Positions 1 to 6,659 of a stretch of 32,786 nucleotides of DNA are shown here, one piece after another. The position numbers were made by a program, and so were the translations under genes. Positions within the stretch are counted from its first letter, which is position 1, and each line of letters starts with the position of its first letter. The notes below the pieces were generated by a model, which saw nothing but the letters and a program-made list of their open reading frames with translations, was not told the origin of the DNA and did not search any database. The stretch comes from Erysipelotrichaceae bacterium (GTDB taxonomy: Bacteria > Bacillota_I > Bacilli_A > Erysipelotrichales > Erysipelotrichaceae): the NCBI GenBank assembly GCA_017418585.1, contig JAFONG010000108.1, positions 1-32,786 on the forward strand, in the 5' to 3' direction.

Positions 1-162
1 AGGCTGATCATCGAAAAGATTGAAGCAATTACCCATTGTGAAAACTGCAACCAGAACTACAATACGATCATTTACGGTAAAACATGTCCGCACTGTCAAA
101 GTAAGGATACATATCTCCTTCAGGGTAACGAGTTCATGATCAAGGAGATGGAAGTCATATAA
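1..162 (+). CDS. hypA: 3' fragment of a HypA/HybF-type nickel metallochaperone (C-terminal zinc-finger part only)
   Basis: Frame 1 is open from the window edge to TAA at 160-162. It reads ...IEAITHCENCNQNYNTIIYGKTCPHCQSKDTYLLQGNEFMIKEMEVI*. The CxxC ... CPxC pair followed by G.E..I..ME matches the HypA C-terminus as I remember it. It is edge-truncated and not in the ORF track. Confidence 0.5.
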   Translation, partial: RLIIEKIEAITHCENCNQNYNTIIYGKTCPHCQSKDTYLLQGNEFMIKEMEVI

Positions 163-187
163 ACAGGCATTTCAATGCCTGTTTTTT
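163..187 (+). terminator. Rho-independent terminator after the hypA fragment
   Basis: Stem ACAGGCAT (163-170) pairs with ATGCCTGT (175-182), loop TTCA, followed by a T run to 187. Confidence 0.75.
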
Positions 188-199
188 ACTGAATCACTG

Positions 200-205
200 T
201 ATAAT
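200..205 (+). promoter_or_regulatory. Candidate -10 box (TATAAT, preceded by TG) for a leaderless HAD-hydrolase transcript
   Basis: TATAAT at 200-205 is followed by exactly 6 nt (GCAGTT) and then ATG at 212. There is no purine-rich SD in between and no convincing -35. Confidence 0.3.
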
Positions 206-211
206 GCAGTT

Positions 212-944
212 ATGAAACTGTTTTTCTTCGATATTGACGGAACCTTGGCGGGAAGGCTTTACAGTTCCTGAATCGGCTCAAAACGCCTTAAAACGGCTTA
301 GAAACAAGGATCATCTCGTTTTCATCTGTACCGGAAGACCTGTTTATTATGTCAGAGAACACTTCGGGCAGTATGCGGACGGCTTTATCTGTTTTAACGG
401 CAGGTATACGCTTCTCAATGAAAGTGTTCTTTATGACTGTCCGTTAACACAAGATCAGGTGAAAGAAATCATAGAGAAGCTGGATAGATTGAAAGCCGGG
501 TACACTTTCTTCAATAACGAAGCTTTCTATGAAGGAGGATATCTGGAAGGCAGATATCATGAATTCGATACTTCTGTATTCCCTCTTTACAATTTCAATG
601 TCTGGTTCAACGGATGGGATCATTTTGATCGTATTGAGAGAGAACTGAATGATATTGCCGTGCTGAACAGACACGGGCAGGCTTTTCACGCCGATGCGAC
701 GATCCTGGGAAGCGATAAAGGCGATGCGATATCTCATGTATTGAAGAAACTGAATGTTGATAGAGATGACTCTTATGCCTTTGGAGACGGAAGCAACGAT
801 GTTTCGATGCTGAAGGCAGTCGGACATGGGATCGCCATGGGCAATTCCGTAGAAAAAGTGAAGCAATGTGCGGAATTCGTTACCAAAGACTTCCACGATG
901 ACGGGGTAGCATATGCTCTAAAGGAATACGGATTGATAAAATAA
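212..944 (+). pseudogene. Cof-type (HAD-IIB) phosphatase, reading frame interrupted by an apparent +1 frameshift near 250-252
   Basis: ATG at 212 gives MKLFFFDIDGTLA (HAD motif I, DxDGT), then runs into TGA at 269-271. The track ORF 234..944 is in the next frame and continues EGFTVPESAQNALKRLRNKDHLVFICTGRP ... FGDGSNDVSML (motifs II-IV). Deleting one G of the GGG run at 250-252 joins them as ...DGTLAEGFTVPES... Confidence 0.7.
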
Positions 945-970
945 AAAGCTGCATATGCAGCTTTTGTTTT
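945..970. terminator. Bidirectional hairpin terminator (HAD gene on +, tRNA-Glu/rplT operon on -)
   Basis: AAAGCTGCA / TGCAGCTTT palindrome (945-964), followed by TTTTGTTTT on the + strand and by TTTTTAT on the - strand. Confidence 0.75.
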
Positions 971-973
971 CTA

Positions 974-1049
974 TGGTGATCGGTACGGGATTCGAACCCG
1001 TGAATGTCGCCTTGAGAGGGCGATGTGTTAACCGTTTCACCAACCGACC
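974..1049 (-). tRNA. tRNA-Glu (anticodon CUC), CCA encoded
   Basis: Reverse complement: GGTCGGT TG GTG AAACGGTTAA CAC A TCGCC CTCTCAA GGCGA CATTC ACGGG TTCGAAT CCCGT ACCGATC A CCA. It has a 7-bp acceptor stem (one G-U), a GGTTCGAATCC T-arm and anticodon loop CU-CUC-AA. Overall it closely resembles Bacillus tRNA-Glu as I recall it. Confidence 0.9.
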
Positions 1050-1070
1050 ATAGCAGAGGCTTGAAGCCTC

Positions 1071-1559
1071 TTACTCTTCTACTTTAACAACTTTTTTTCT
1101 CGTTGTCTTCTTTACCGGCTTTTCTTCAGCGTTTTCTGCTTCTTTTTTATCTTCTTTTGCCGGTTTTTCAGCCTTAGGAGCCTTTTCTTCCTTGACCGGT
1201 TTGTCTACCTTGCCCTTTTTGGCGGTTTCACAGATCTTCGCGAAATCTTCCGGATTGCTGATGGCGATCTCGGAAAGCATCTTTCTGTTGACTGTAACTC
1301 CGGCGTTTTTCAGGCCGTTCATCAGTCTGGAATAAGACATTCCGTTCATTCTGGCAGCGGCGTTGATTCTGGCGATCCAGAGCTTCCGCATGTTTCTCTT
1401 GAGCTGTCTTCTGTGGATCCAGGCATATTTCCAGGAATGCATGACCTGCTCATGAGCGGTCTTGTATAACAGGTGTTTGGAACCGAAGTAGCCGGATGCG
1501 TGCTTCAGTACTTTCTTTCTTCTATCTCTTGTAGGAGTTGATCCTTTTACTCTAGACAT
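1071..1559 (-). CDS. rplT: 50S ribosomal protein L20 with a Lys/Glu/Pro-rich C-terminal tail of about 45 aa
   Basis: MSRVKGS...RRKKVLK...GY.G......Y..A...V......A...[16 protein letters not shown] is the L20 signature. SD GGAGGA lies upstream. Position after rpmI. Confidence 0.97.
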   Translation of the reverse strand: MSRVKGSTPTRDRRKKVLKHASGYFGSKHLLYKTAHEQVMHSWKYAWIHRRQLKRNMRKLWIARINAAARMNGMSYSRLMNGLKNAGVTVNRKMLSEIAISNPEDFAKICETAKKGKVDKPVKEEKAPKAEKPAKEDKKEAENAEEKPVKKTTRKKVVKVEE

Positions 1560-1573
1560 TTTCTTCTATCCTC

Positions 1574-1768
1574 CTATCCCTGCAATAACTCTCTGTCTCT
1601 CTTGACATCGGTCTTGTCGACAAGCGATGGCTTGTGGAGATGTTTCTTCTGTTTGTGTGTTTTGTTTGCGGCAAAGTGCGATACGTAGTTGGAATACTTT
1701 CTCAGTTTGCCTGTTCCGGTAACTTTTACTCTCTTGGCAAAAGTCTTTTTTGTCTTCATCTTTGGCAT
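1574..1768 (-). CDS. rpmI: 50S ribosomal protein L35
   Basis: MPKMKTKKTFAKRVKVTGTGKLRK... is the L35 signature. SD GGAGGAG lies upstream. Located between infC and rplT. Confidence 0.97.
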   Translation of the reverse strand: MPKMKTKKTFAKRVKVTGTGKLRKYSNYVSHFAANKTHKQKKHLHKPSLVDKTDVKRDRELLQG

Positions 1769-1782
1769 CTTATCTTCTCCTC

Positions 1783-2307
1783 CTATTTTTTCTTAGGCGC
1801 TAAAACACAAGACATGATGTTCCCTTCAAGCTTAGGTGCTCTTTCTACCGATGATACATCAGAAAGATTCTGTGTGAAATCATTCATGATCTTCATGCCG
1901 ACTTCCTGTCTTGTCATCATTCTTCCTCTGAAACGCATGTCGATCTTGACTTTCATCCCCGATTCAAGCCATTTTCTGGCCTGTTTCATCTTGGTTTCAA
2001 AGTCATGCGTATCGATTACAGGCGATAGACGTAAAGGCTTCATCTCTGTGGTCTGCTGGTTCTTTCTGGCTTCCTTGGCCTTTTTCTGCGCTTCAAAACG
2101 ATACTTGCCGTAGTCCAGTATCTTACATACCGGAGGCTGCGCGTTTGGCGCTACACAGAGCAGATCCAGATCTTCGTCATAAGCTTTCTCTAATGCCTCG
2201 TTACGAGACATTACACCCAGTTGGCTCCCGTCAGGGCCGATGACCATTACTTCTTTGAAACGGATATTCTCGTTTACGATGTCATCATTAGAACGTTTTC
2301 TTGTTAT
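1783..2307 (-). CDS. infC: Translation initiation factor IF-3, probable non-canonical AUA start
   Basis: The body matches IF-3 (PPVCKILDYGKYRFE..KK.KEARK, LSP.I..HD...K). The track start (ATG 2247) removes the conserved N-terminal ..DDIVNENIRFKEV.VIG segment, which is in frame upstream. The only start-like codon after the in-frame stop (2326-2328) and after GGGGG (2317-2321) is ATA at 2305-2307. Confidence 0.85.
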   Translation of the reverse strand: MTRKRSNDDIVNENIRFKEVMVIGPDGSQLGVMSRNEALEKAYDEDLDLLCVAPNAQPPVCKILDYGKYRFEAQKKAKEARKNQQTTEMKPLRLSPVIDTHDFETKMKQARKWLESGMKVKIDMRFRGRMMTRQEVGMKIMNDFTQNLSDVSSVERAPKLEGNIMSCVLAPKKK

Positions 2308-2443
2308 AGTTTTATACCCCCATTTTTAAATAAAAAGTGAGACAAGGCCCACTTAAATATCGTTACATTCGTAGCAATATACCCAGGTTCTTTTGAACTT
2401 CAGGTGAGAAGCGGCCTTCTTCTTTCTACATCCTTTTTATTAC
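2308..2443 (-). promoter_or_regulatory. 5' leader of infC-rpmI-rplT with a terminator-like hairpin (candidate L20-leader attenuator)
   Basis: The leader is about 135 nt, between the predicted promoter and infC. On the - strand, AGTGGG-CCTTGT-CTCACT (2336-2353) is followed by TTTTTATTT just before the infC SD. The position matches the L20-dependent attenuation leader described for Bacillus subtilis infC. The fold was not verified. Confidence 0.4.
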
Positions 2444-2449
2444 TCAATT

Positions 2450-2478
2450 ATTTAAACATAAAAGCTTTTAATAGTCAA
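2450..2478 (-). promoter_or_regulatory. Candidate sigma-A promoter for infC operon (TTGACT-17-TTAAAT)
   Basis: Read on the - strand: TTGACT (2478-2473), a 17-nt spacer, then TTAAAT (2455-2450). It lies just downstream of the stop of the preceding gene. Confidence 0.45.
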
Positions 2479-2487
2479 CAGAAATAT

Positions 2488-2946
2488 TCATAGATCCACT
2501 CTTTCGGCCCGGATCGATCCGTCATCATAGAAATAGACTCTGGCGTAGCATGGCGAGGTGAGATCGCGGTTGTAGAAGGTGCTGCCGGGATTGATGAAAC
2601 GGATGCCGGAATAGACCTTATCCGTAAACATGTGGGTATGACCGAAAAAGACGACGTCGACATGTTCATTGCGGGCTTTTCTGACGAAATGATCCATCTG
2701 GTATGTATAGCCGTGTCCGTGGATCAGAAGAATGCGGTGTCCTCCGATCTCCAGAATCAGCTGTTTCGGAAAATCATAATTCCAGTCGTTGTTTCCTTCG
2801 ATACTGACGAAAGGCCTGATCTCATCAGGTGAAAACTGTGAATCTCCGCAATGCAGATAATAATCACAGGCCGGATTCTCGGATAACACCTGCTGCAGGG
2901 AATCCATGTCTCCGTGATTATCCGAACACAGACATATTTTCAGCAT
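2488..2946 (-). CDS. YfcE/YsnB (MJ0936)-family metallophosphoesterase
   Basis: Motifs SDNHGD, LHCGD, GNND, LIHGHG and FGHTH are in calcineurin-like order. Size is 152 aa. The start overlaps the trmL stop (ATGCTGA). Confidence 0.85.
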   Translation of the reverse strand: MLKICLCSDNHGDMDSLQQVLSENPACDYYLHCGDSQFSPDEIRPFVSIEGNNDWNYDFPKQLILEIGGHRILLIHGHGYTYQMDHFVRKARNEHVDVVFFGHTHMFTDKVYSGIRFINPGSTFYNRDLTSPCYARVYFYDDGSIRAERVDL

Positions 2947-3446
2947 CTTAACAGAAAGTCCGCTCCTTTTAGCGTTTCTCTATCGCTTAAATCGGAAAAA
3001 CCGATCTGTCTCATACATTCATACGCACCAATGGCGACGCAGTTGGAAAGATTCAGGCTTCTGGCATCCTTGCGCATCGGAATACGGTAGCAGTCTTCCA
3101 GATTCTCTTTCAGGATCTTTTTATCGATACCAGTGGATTCTTTTCCGAATACAAGGTATATGTCCCTATCTTTGTCAAATACGCATTCATTGAAGTTTTT
3201 CATGCCGTAACGGGTAAAAAAGACAAACTGTCCCTCTTTTCCTTTCTTAAATGTTTTCCAGTCGGGATAGATCTGATAATCCAGATCTGCGATGTAGTCC
3301 ATTCCGCTTCTTCTTATGTGTTTTTCATCCAGAGAGAAACCCAAGGGTTCGATCAGATGCAGTTTCATCTCAAAAACGGAGCAGGTACGCATGATGTTTC
3401 CGGTATTCTGCGGAATTTCCGGCTCATAGAGTACGACGTTGATCAT
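2940..3446 (-). CDS. trmL: tRNA (cytidine/uridine(34)-2'-O)-methyltransferase, SpoU/TrmL family
   Basis: Taken from the internal Met: MINVVLYEPEIPQNTGNIMRTC... is the TrmL N-terminus. ATG at 3446 overlaps the upstream stop as ATGA. The extra 50 aa of track ORF 2940..3596 lie inside the upstream gene. Confidence 0.85.
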   Translation of the reverse strand: MINVVLYEPEIPQNTGNIMRTCSVFEMKLHLIEPLGFSLDEKHIRRSGMDYIADLDYQIYPDWKTFKKGKEGQFVFFTRYGMKNFNECVFDKDRDIYLVFGKESTGIDKKILKENLEDCYRIPMRKDARSLNLSNCVAIGAYECMRQIGFSDLSDRETLKGADFLLRC

Positions 3447-4144
3447 GCGGATTTCCTTTTTACGAACAGCCGATATAAAACGATCGGAGATAAGAGCAGT
3501 ATGAAGAAAGTGACGGTGATCGTTATGACCAGATGATTGAAGAATTCCGGCGGTACGATCATGATCAGGATGTCTTTTCTTAGATCCAGGATCCACAGGT
3601 CATTCCCGGCAAAGAAAACATGATGGAAAGCGGTCCAGAAGGAATCGAAGTCGATCAGGATCCATGATCCCAGTACGGCCAGAAACAGGAGCCCGTATTT
3701 CAGTACTTTCTTATAGCTGCAGTACAGATCGCTCAACGGATATTTCTTGATCAGATAGAATACGGCATATCCGAGTATGATCAGCAGGGATATGACCCAA
3801 AGACGGTTGGCAGCCAGATTGAGATTTCTTACATCTACCATGTGGGCTTTCTCATCGTCGGTATAGACTTCACGCATCTCCCCTTTTACCTTCATCTGCA
3901 GGTCAAGACTGGCGTCCTTGTCGTTTAGGTATGCCAATGTAAAGGCGGTAAGATCTTTCAGCTGATCATCGGTAATGCCGATGTGTTCGGAAATAGACTT
4001 GCCGTAAAGCGTCAGCTTAGCGTGTTCACTGTCATAGAAAGCCTGATTAAAGCTCCAGAAATGTACCGCTGTAATCAGGAAAAACAGGATAAGTGCCAGT
4101 GAGGCAACGATTGAAAACGTCTGTCTAAAGTCTTTCTTTTGCAT
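3443..4144 (-). CDS. Integral membrane protein, about 4 TM helices, tentatively TIGR01906/DUF1461 (Lit-like) family
   Basis: Hydrophobic helices: FSIVASLALILFFLITAVHFW, LWVISLLIILGYAVFYLI, YGLLFLAVLGSWILIDF, ITITVTFFILLLSPIVLY. A soluble loop of about 90 aa after TM1 contains E..HM.DV. The family call is from memory only. Confidence 0.7.
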   Translation of the reverse strand: MQKKDFRQTFSIVASLALILFFLITAVHFWSFNQAFYDSEHAKLTLYGKSISEHIGITDDQLKDLTAFTLAYLNDKDASLDLQMKVKGEMREVYTDDEKAHMVDVRNLNLAANRLWVISLLIILGYAVFYLIKKYPLSDLYCSYKKVLKYGLLFLAVLGSWILIDFDSFWTAFHHVFFAGNDLWILDLRKDILIMIVPPEFFNHLVITITVTFFILLLSPIVLYRLFVKRKSA

Positions 4145-4715
4145 CTGATATCCATTTCTTCAGGGCTTTAGCCCGGTGCGAGTATTCGTTTTTATAGTCG
4201 GCGCCCAGCTGCGCTTCGGTCTTATTGAATTCGGGGATCAGAAAGATCGGATCATAGCCGAATCCCTCGTGTCCGGCTTTTGCATAGGCGATCTGTCCTG
4301 CATTGATTCCTTCATACTCGAAAATCTCTCCGTTTTTATCGATAAAGCACATGCAGTCGACAAACCGTGCGCCTCTGTTTTTCACACCTTTCATCAGTTC
4401 CAGGACATAATCGCATTTTTGGTCGTAGTTCAATCCATGCAGAAAACGGGCGGAGTGAATGCCCGGGTTGCCGTTAAGATAATCGATACAGATCCCGGAA
4501 TCATCGGCGATAGTCGGTAAATGAAAACGGTCATAGTAGAACCTGGCCTTGATTCTGGCGTTTTCCGCAAAAGTCCTGCCGTTTTCGACAGGTTCTTCTT
4601 TGCAGTCAAAGTCTTTCGGACAGACAAGTTCTATCTCGATCCGGTTTCTTTTCAGTATGTCGGCGATCTCTTCGATCTTATGTCCGTTGTTGGAAGCAAT
4701 AAAAAGCTTTTTCAT
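4125..4715 (-). CDS. rdgB: Non-canonical purine NTP pyrophosphatase (XTP/dITP diphosphatase, RdgB/HAM1)
   Basis: Motifs: ASNN.HK..E, F.ENA.IKA, ADDSG..ID.LNG.PG..SAR, GFGYDPIF. Size 196 aa. Confidence 0.9.
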   Translation of the reverse strand: MKKLFIASNNGHKIEEIADILKRNRIEIELVCPKDFDCKEEPVENGRTFAENARIKARFYYDRFHLPTIADDSGICIDYLNGNPGIHSARFLHGLNYDQKCDYVLELMKGVKNRGARFVDCMCFIDKNGEIFEYEGINAGQIAYAKAGHEGFGYDPIFLIPEFNKTEAQLGADYKNEYSHRAKALKKWISDAKERL

Positions 4716-4723
4716 ATGCTCAA

Positions 4724-4753
4724 ATTATAATATGAACGGTATACTCCATACAA
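4724..4753 (-). promoter_or_regulatory. Candidate promoter TTGTAT-18-TATAAT immediately upstream of rdgB
   Basis: Read on the - strand: TTGTAT (4753-4748), an 18-nt spacer, TATAAT (4729-4724), then 8 nt (TTGAGCAT) and ATG at 4715. No SD. Confidence 0.35.
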
Positions 4754-4757
4754 TCGC

Positions 4758-5690
4758 TCAGATCGTAAATTTCTCGATGATCTTCTGTACCAGCGGGTTT
4801 CTGATGACATCGGAATTGTTGAACTCAACGAAGCCGATCTGTCCGACGTCTTTCAGTCTGTTACGCGCCGCAATCAGGCCGCTGTTTGCCTTATTGATAT
4901 TCAGGTCAATCTGAGTGATGTCGCCGTTAACGATCATTTTGGAGTTGAACCCCAGTCTGGTCAGAAACATCAGCATCTGCTTATCGGTCGTATTCTGGGC
5001 TTCGTCGAGAATGATGAAGGCTTCATTCAGTGTACGACCCCTCATGTATGCCAGAGGAATGACTTCAATGATACCCTTCTCGATCATCTTGTCTTTCTGT
5101 TCGCTGCCCAGGATGCTGTCAAGCGCATCGTATATAGGCATCAGATACGGATCTATCTTCTCTTTCAGATCTCCCGGCAGAAAGCCCAGCGATTCGCCTG
5201 CTTCGACCGCAGGTCTGGTGATGATGATCTTGTTTACGGTCCCCTTTTTTAGATAGTTTACCGCCAGAAGAACAGCCAGGAAGGTCTTTCCCGTTCCGGC
5301 AGGACCGATGCAGAAGACAAGGTCGTTGTTTTTGACCTGGGATACCAGTTCATGCTGATTGGCCGTCTTGCAGCGGAAAGGCTTCCCACTATTGGAGTAT
5401 GCTATGACCTTGTTATGAAAATCATTGTTTTCAAGGGAATTCAAAGACAGAAAAGACTGCTTGATGAAATCATAGTCTACGCTGTTTTTTCTGCTCTCTC
5501 TGACGATCTGATCCATGTGCCTGATAAACTTCGCCGACATGTCTTCGTCATCGCTAAGCAGCTTAAAACAATTGTCGCGGTAGACGATGCCGCAGCCGTA
5601 GAGTTCCTCCATAAGATTCAGATTCTCATCGTTCACTCCGACGATATTCTGAATCTGTTCCTGATTCAGGTCGGTAAATACATATTCCAT
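4758..5690 (-). CDS. phoH: PhoH-like ATPase (PhoH/YbeZ family)
   Basis: Walker A GPAGTGKTFLAV. Also IILDEAQN and the GD..Q.DL region typical of PhoH. Size 310 aa. Confidence 0.9.
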   Translation of the reverse strand: MEYVFTDLNQEQIQNIVGVNDENLNLMEELYGCGIVYRDNCFKLLSDDEDMSAKFIRHMDQIVRESRKNSVDYDFIKQSFLSLNSLENNDFHNKVIAYSNSGKPFRCKTANQHELVSQVKNNDLVFCIGPAGTGKTFLAVLLAVNYLKKGTVNKIIITRPAVEAGESLGFLPGDLKEKIDPYLMPIYDALDSILGSEQKDKMIEKGIIEVIPLAYMRGRTLNEAFIILDEAQNTTDKQMLMFLTRLGFNSKMIVNGDITQIDLNINKANSGLIAARNRLKDVGQIGFVEFNNSDVIRNPLVQKIIEKFTI

Positions 5691-5694
5691 AGTT

Positions 5695-6588
5695 TTAATC
5701 CTTCTCTAATTCTTTATCCAGCCATGTGCTTGCGCCTGCAAATGTGCAGGCTTTGCCGCCAAACAGATTGGCTACGCGAATGCACTCCTCAATCGGTTTA
5801 TTCTCGGAGAGACTTTTGATAAATCCTGCTACAAAGCTGTCTCCCGCTCCGGTCGTATCGATGACCTGACATTGTCCGGCCGGATAATATCGTCCATCGT
5901 AATAAGCGCCCCTGGATCCGCACTTGACGATTACATGTCCTGCACCCATCTCTTTTATTTCTGAAGCGGCATCTTCCATTCTTCCTGTTGCGCTTAACAT
6001 TTCCGCTTCCATCTGATTGCAGAAAAAGTAATCGACATGTTTTAGGAATGTGAATCTGCTGATCGTTCTGATCTCTTTCGGCGTTGAGCAGTCGCAGCAC
6101 ACCGTTATCCCTCTCTGTTTCAGTTCCGCAAACAGCTTATCAAGAGACGGGATATCCAGATACGGAGATATAAACAGAGATGCCAGACAGGCGATCCGGC
6201 AGTCGTCGTCTATGACGATATCTGTCGCTTTCAGTTTCTTGATACTGCCATCGTTAACGCCGACAAAGTAGCGTTCTCCTTCTCTGTCGATCAGAACGAC
6301 AGAGAGATAAGTGAAAATATCATCCCTGAGAATATCCGGATTGTATCCGATGCCTTCTTTGTCCAGCTTGTTTCTGATCCATCTGCCGTTTTCATCGTTT
6401 CCCAGCACGGTGATCAGCTTTACATCGCATCCGAAATGTTTCAGAACTATGCTTTCATTGAAAGCGTCCCCTCCATATAAGGTAAAGATCCTGTCTGCCT
6501 TATAGTTTCCGTTAAAAAACTCTTCTTTATCTACGCCCTGAACAAGCAGATCGACGCAGGCGGCACCAAATACGTTTATCTTCGCCAT
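5695..6588 (-). CDS. PfkB-family carbohydrate kinase (substrate not assignable)
   Basis: N-terminal GAACVDL and the C-terminal DTTGAGDSF anion-hole motif of the ribokinase/PfkB superfamily. Size 297 aa. Confidence 0.85.
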   Translation of the reverse strand: MAKINVFGAACVDLLVQGVDKEEFFNGNYKADRIFTLYGGDAFNESIVLKHFGCDVKLITVLGNDENGRWIRNKLDKEGIGYNPDILRDDIFTYLSVVLIDREGERYFVGVNDGSIKKLKATDIVIDDDCRIACLASLFISPYLDIPSLDKLFAELKQRGITVCCDCSTPKEIRTISRFTFLKHVDYFFCNQMEAEMLSATGRMEDAASEIKEMGAGHVIVKCGSRGAYYDGRYYPAGQCQVIDTTGAGDSFVAGFIKSLSENKPIEECIRVANLFGGKACTFAGASTWLDKELEKD

Positions 6589-6597
6589 ATCAATTCT

Positions 6598-6603
6598 ATT
6601 ATA
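6598..6603 (-). promoter_or_regulatory. Candidate -10 box (cTGTATAAT) 9 nt upstream of the PfkB-kinase ATG
   Basis: The - strand reads CCCTGTATAATAGAATTGAT-ATG. There is no SD and no clear -35. Confidence 0.3.
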
Positions 6604-6632
6604 CAGGGAATGCTCAACTGTTTGATATCGGA

Positions 6633-6659
6633 TAAAAAGAAAATCAGCATCAGCTGATT
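6633..6659 (-). terminator. Rho-independent terminator after rpsU
   Basis: Stem AATCAGC / GCTGATT (6642-6659) is followed on the - strand by TTTCTTTTTATC. It abuts the rpsU stop codon. Confidence 0.75.

Noticed and set aside
1055-1071. Hairpin GAGGC-TTCAA-GCCTC between rplT and tRNA-Glu, considered as an intrinsic terminator
   Set aside because: No U tract follows it on the - strand and the tRNA begins 5 nt later. It is more likely a processing or stability element. The real terminator is at 945-970.
3447-3596. N-terminal extensions in track ORFs: trmL 2940..3596, rpmB from 14132, the lipoprotein from 27725, sufC from 26647, rsmE from 10303
   Set aside because: In each case an internal ATG with a proper SD or an ATGA/TAATG junction gives the canonical family N-terminus. 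The extension overlaps the upstream gene or an intergenic promoter.
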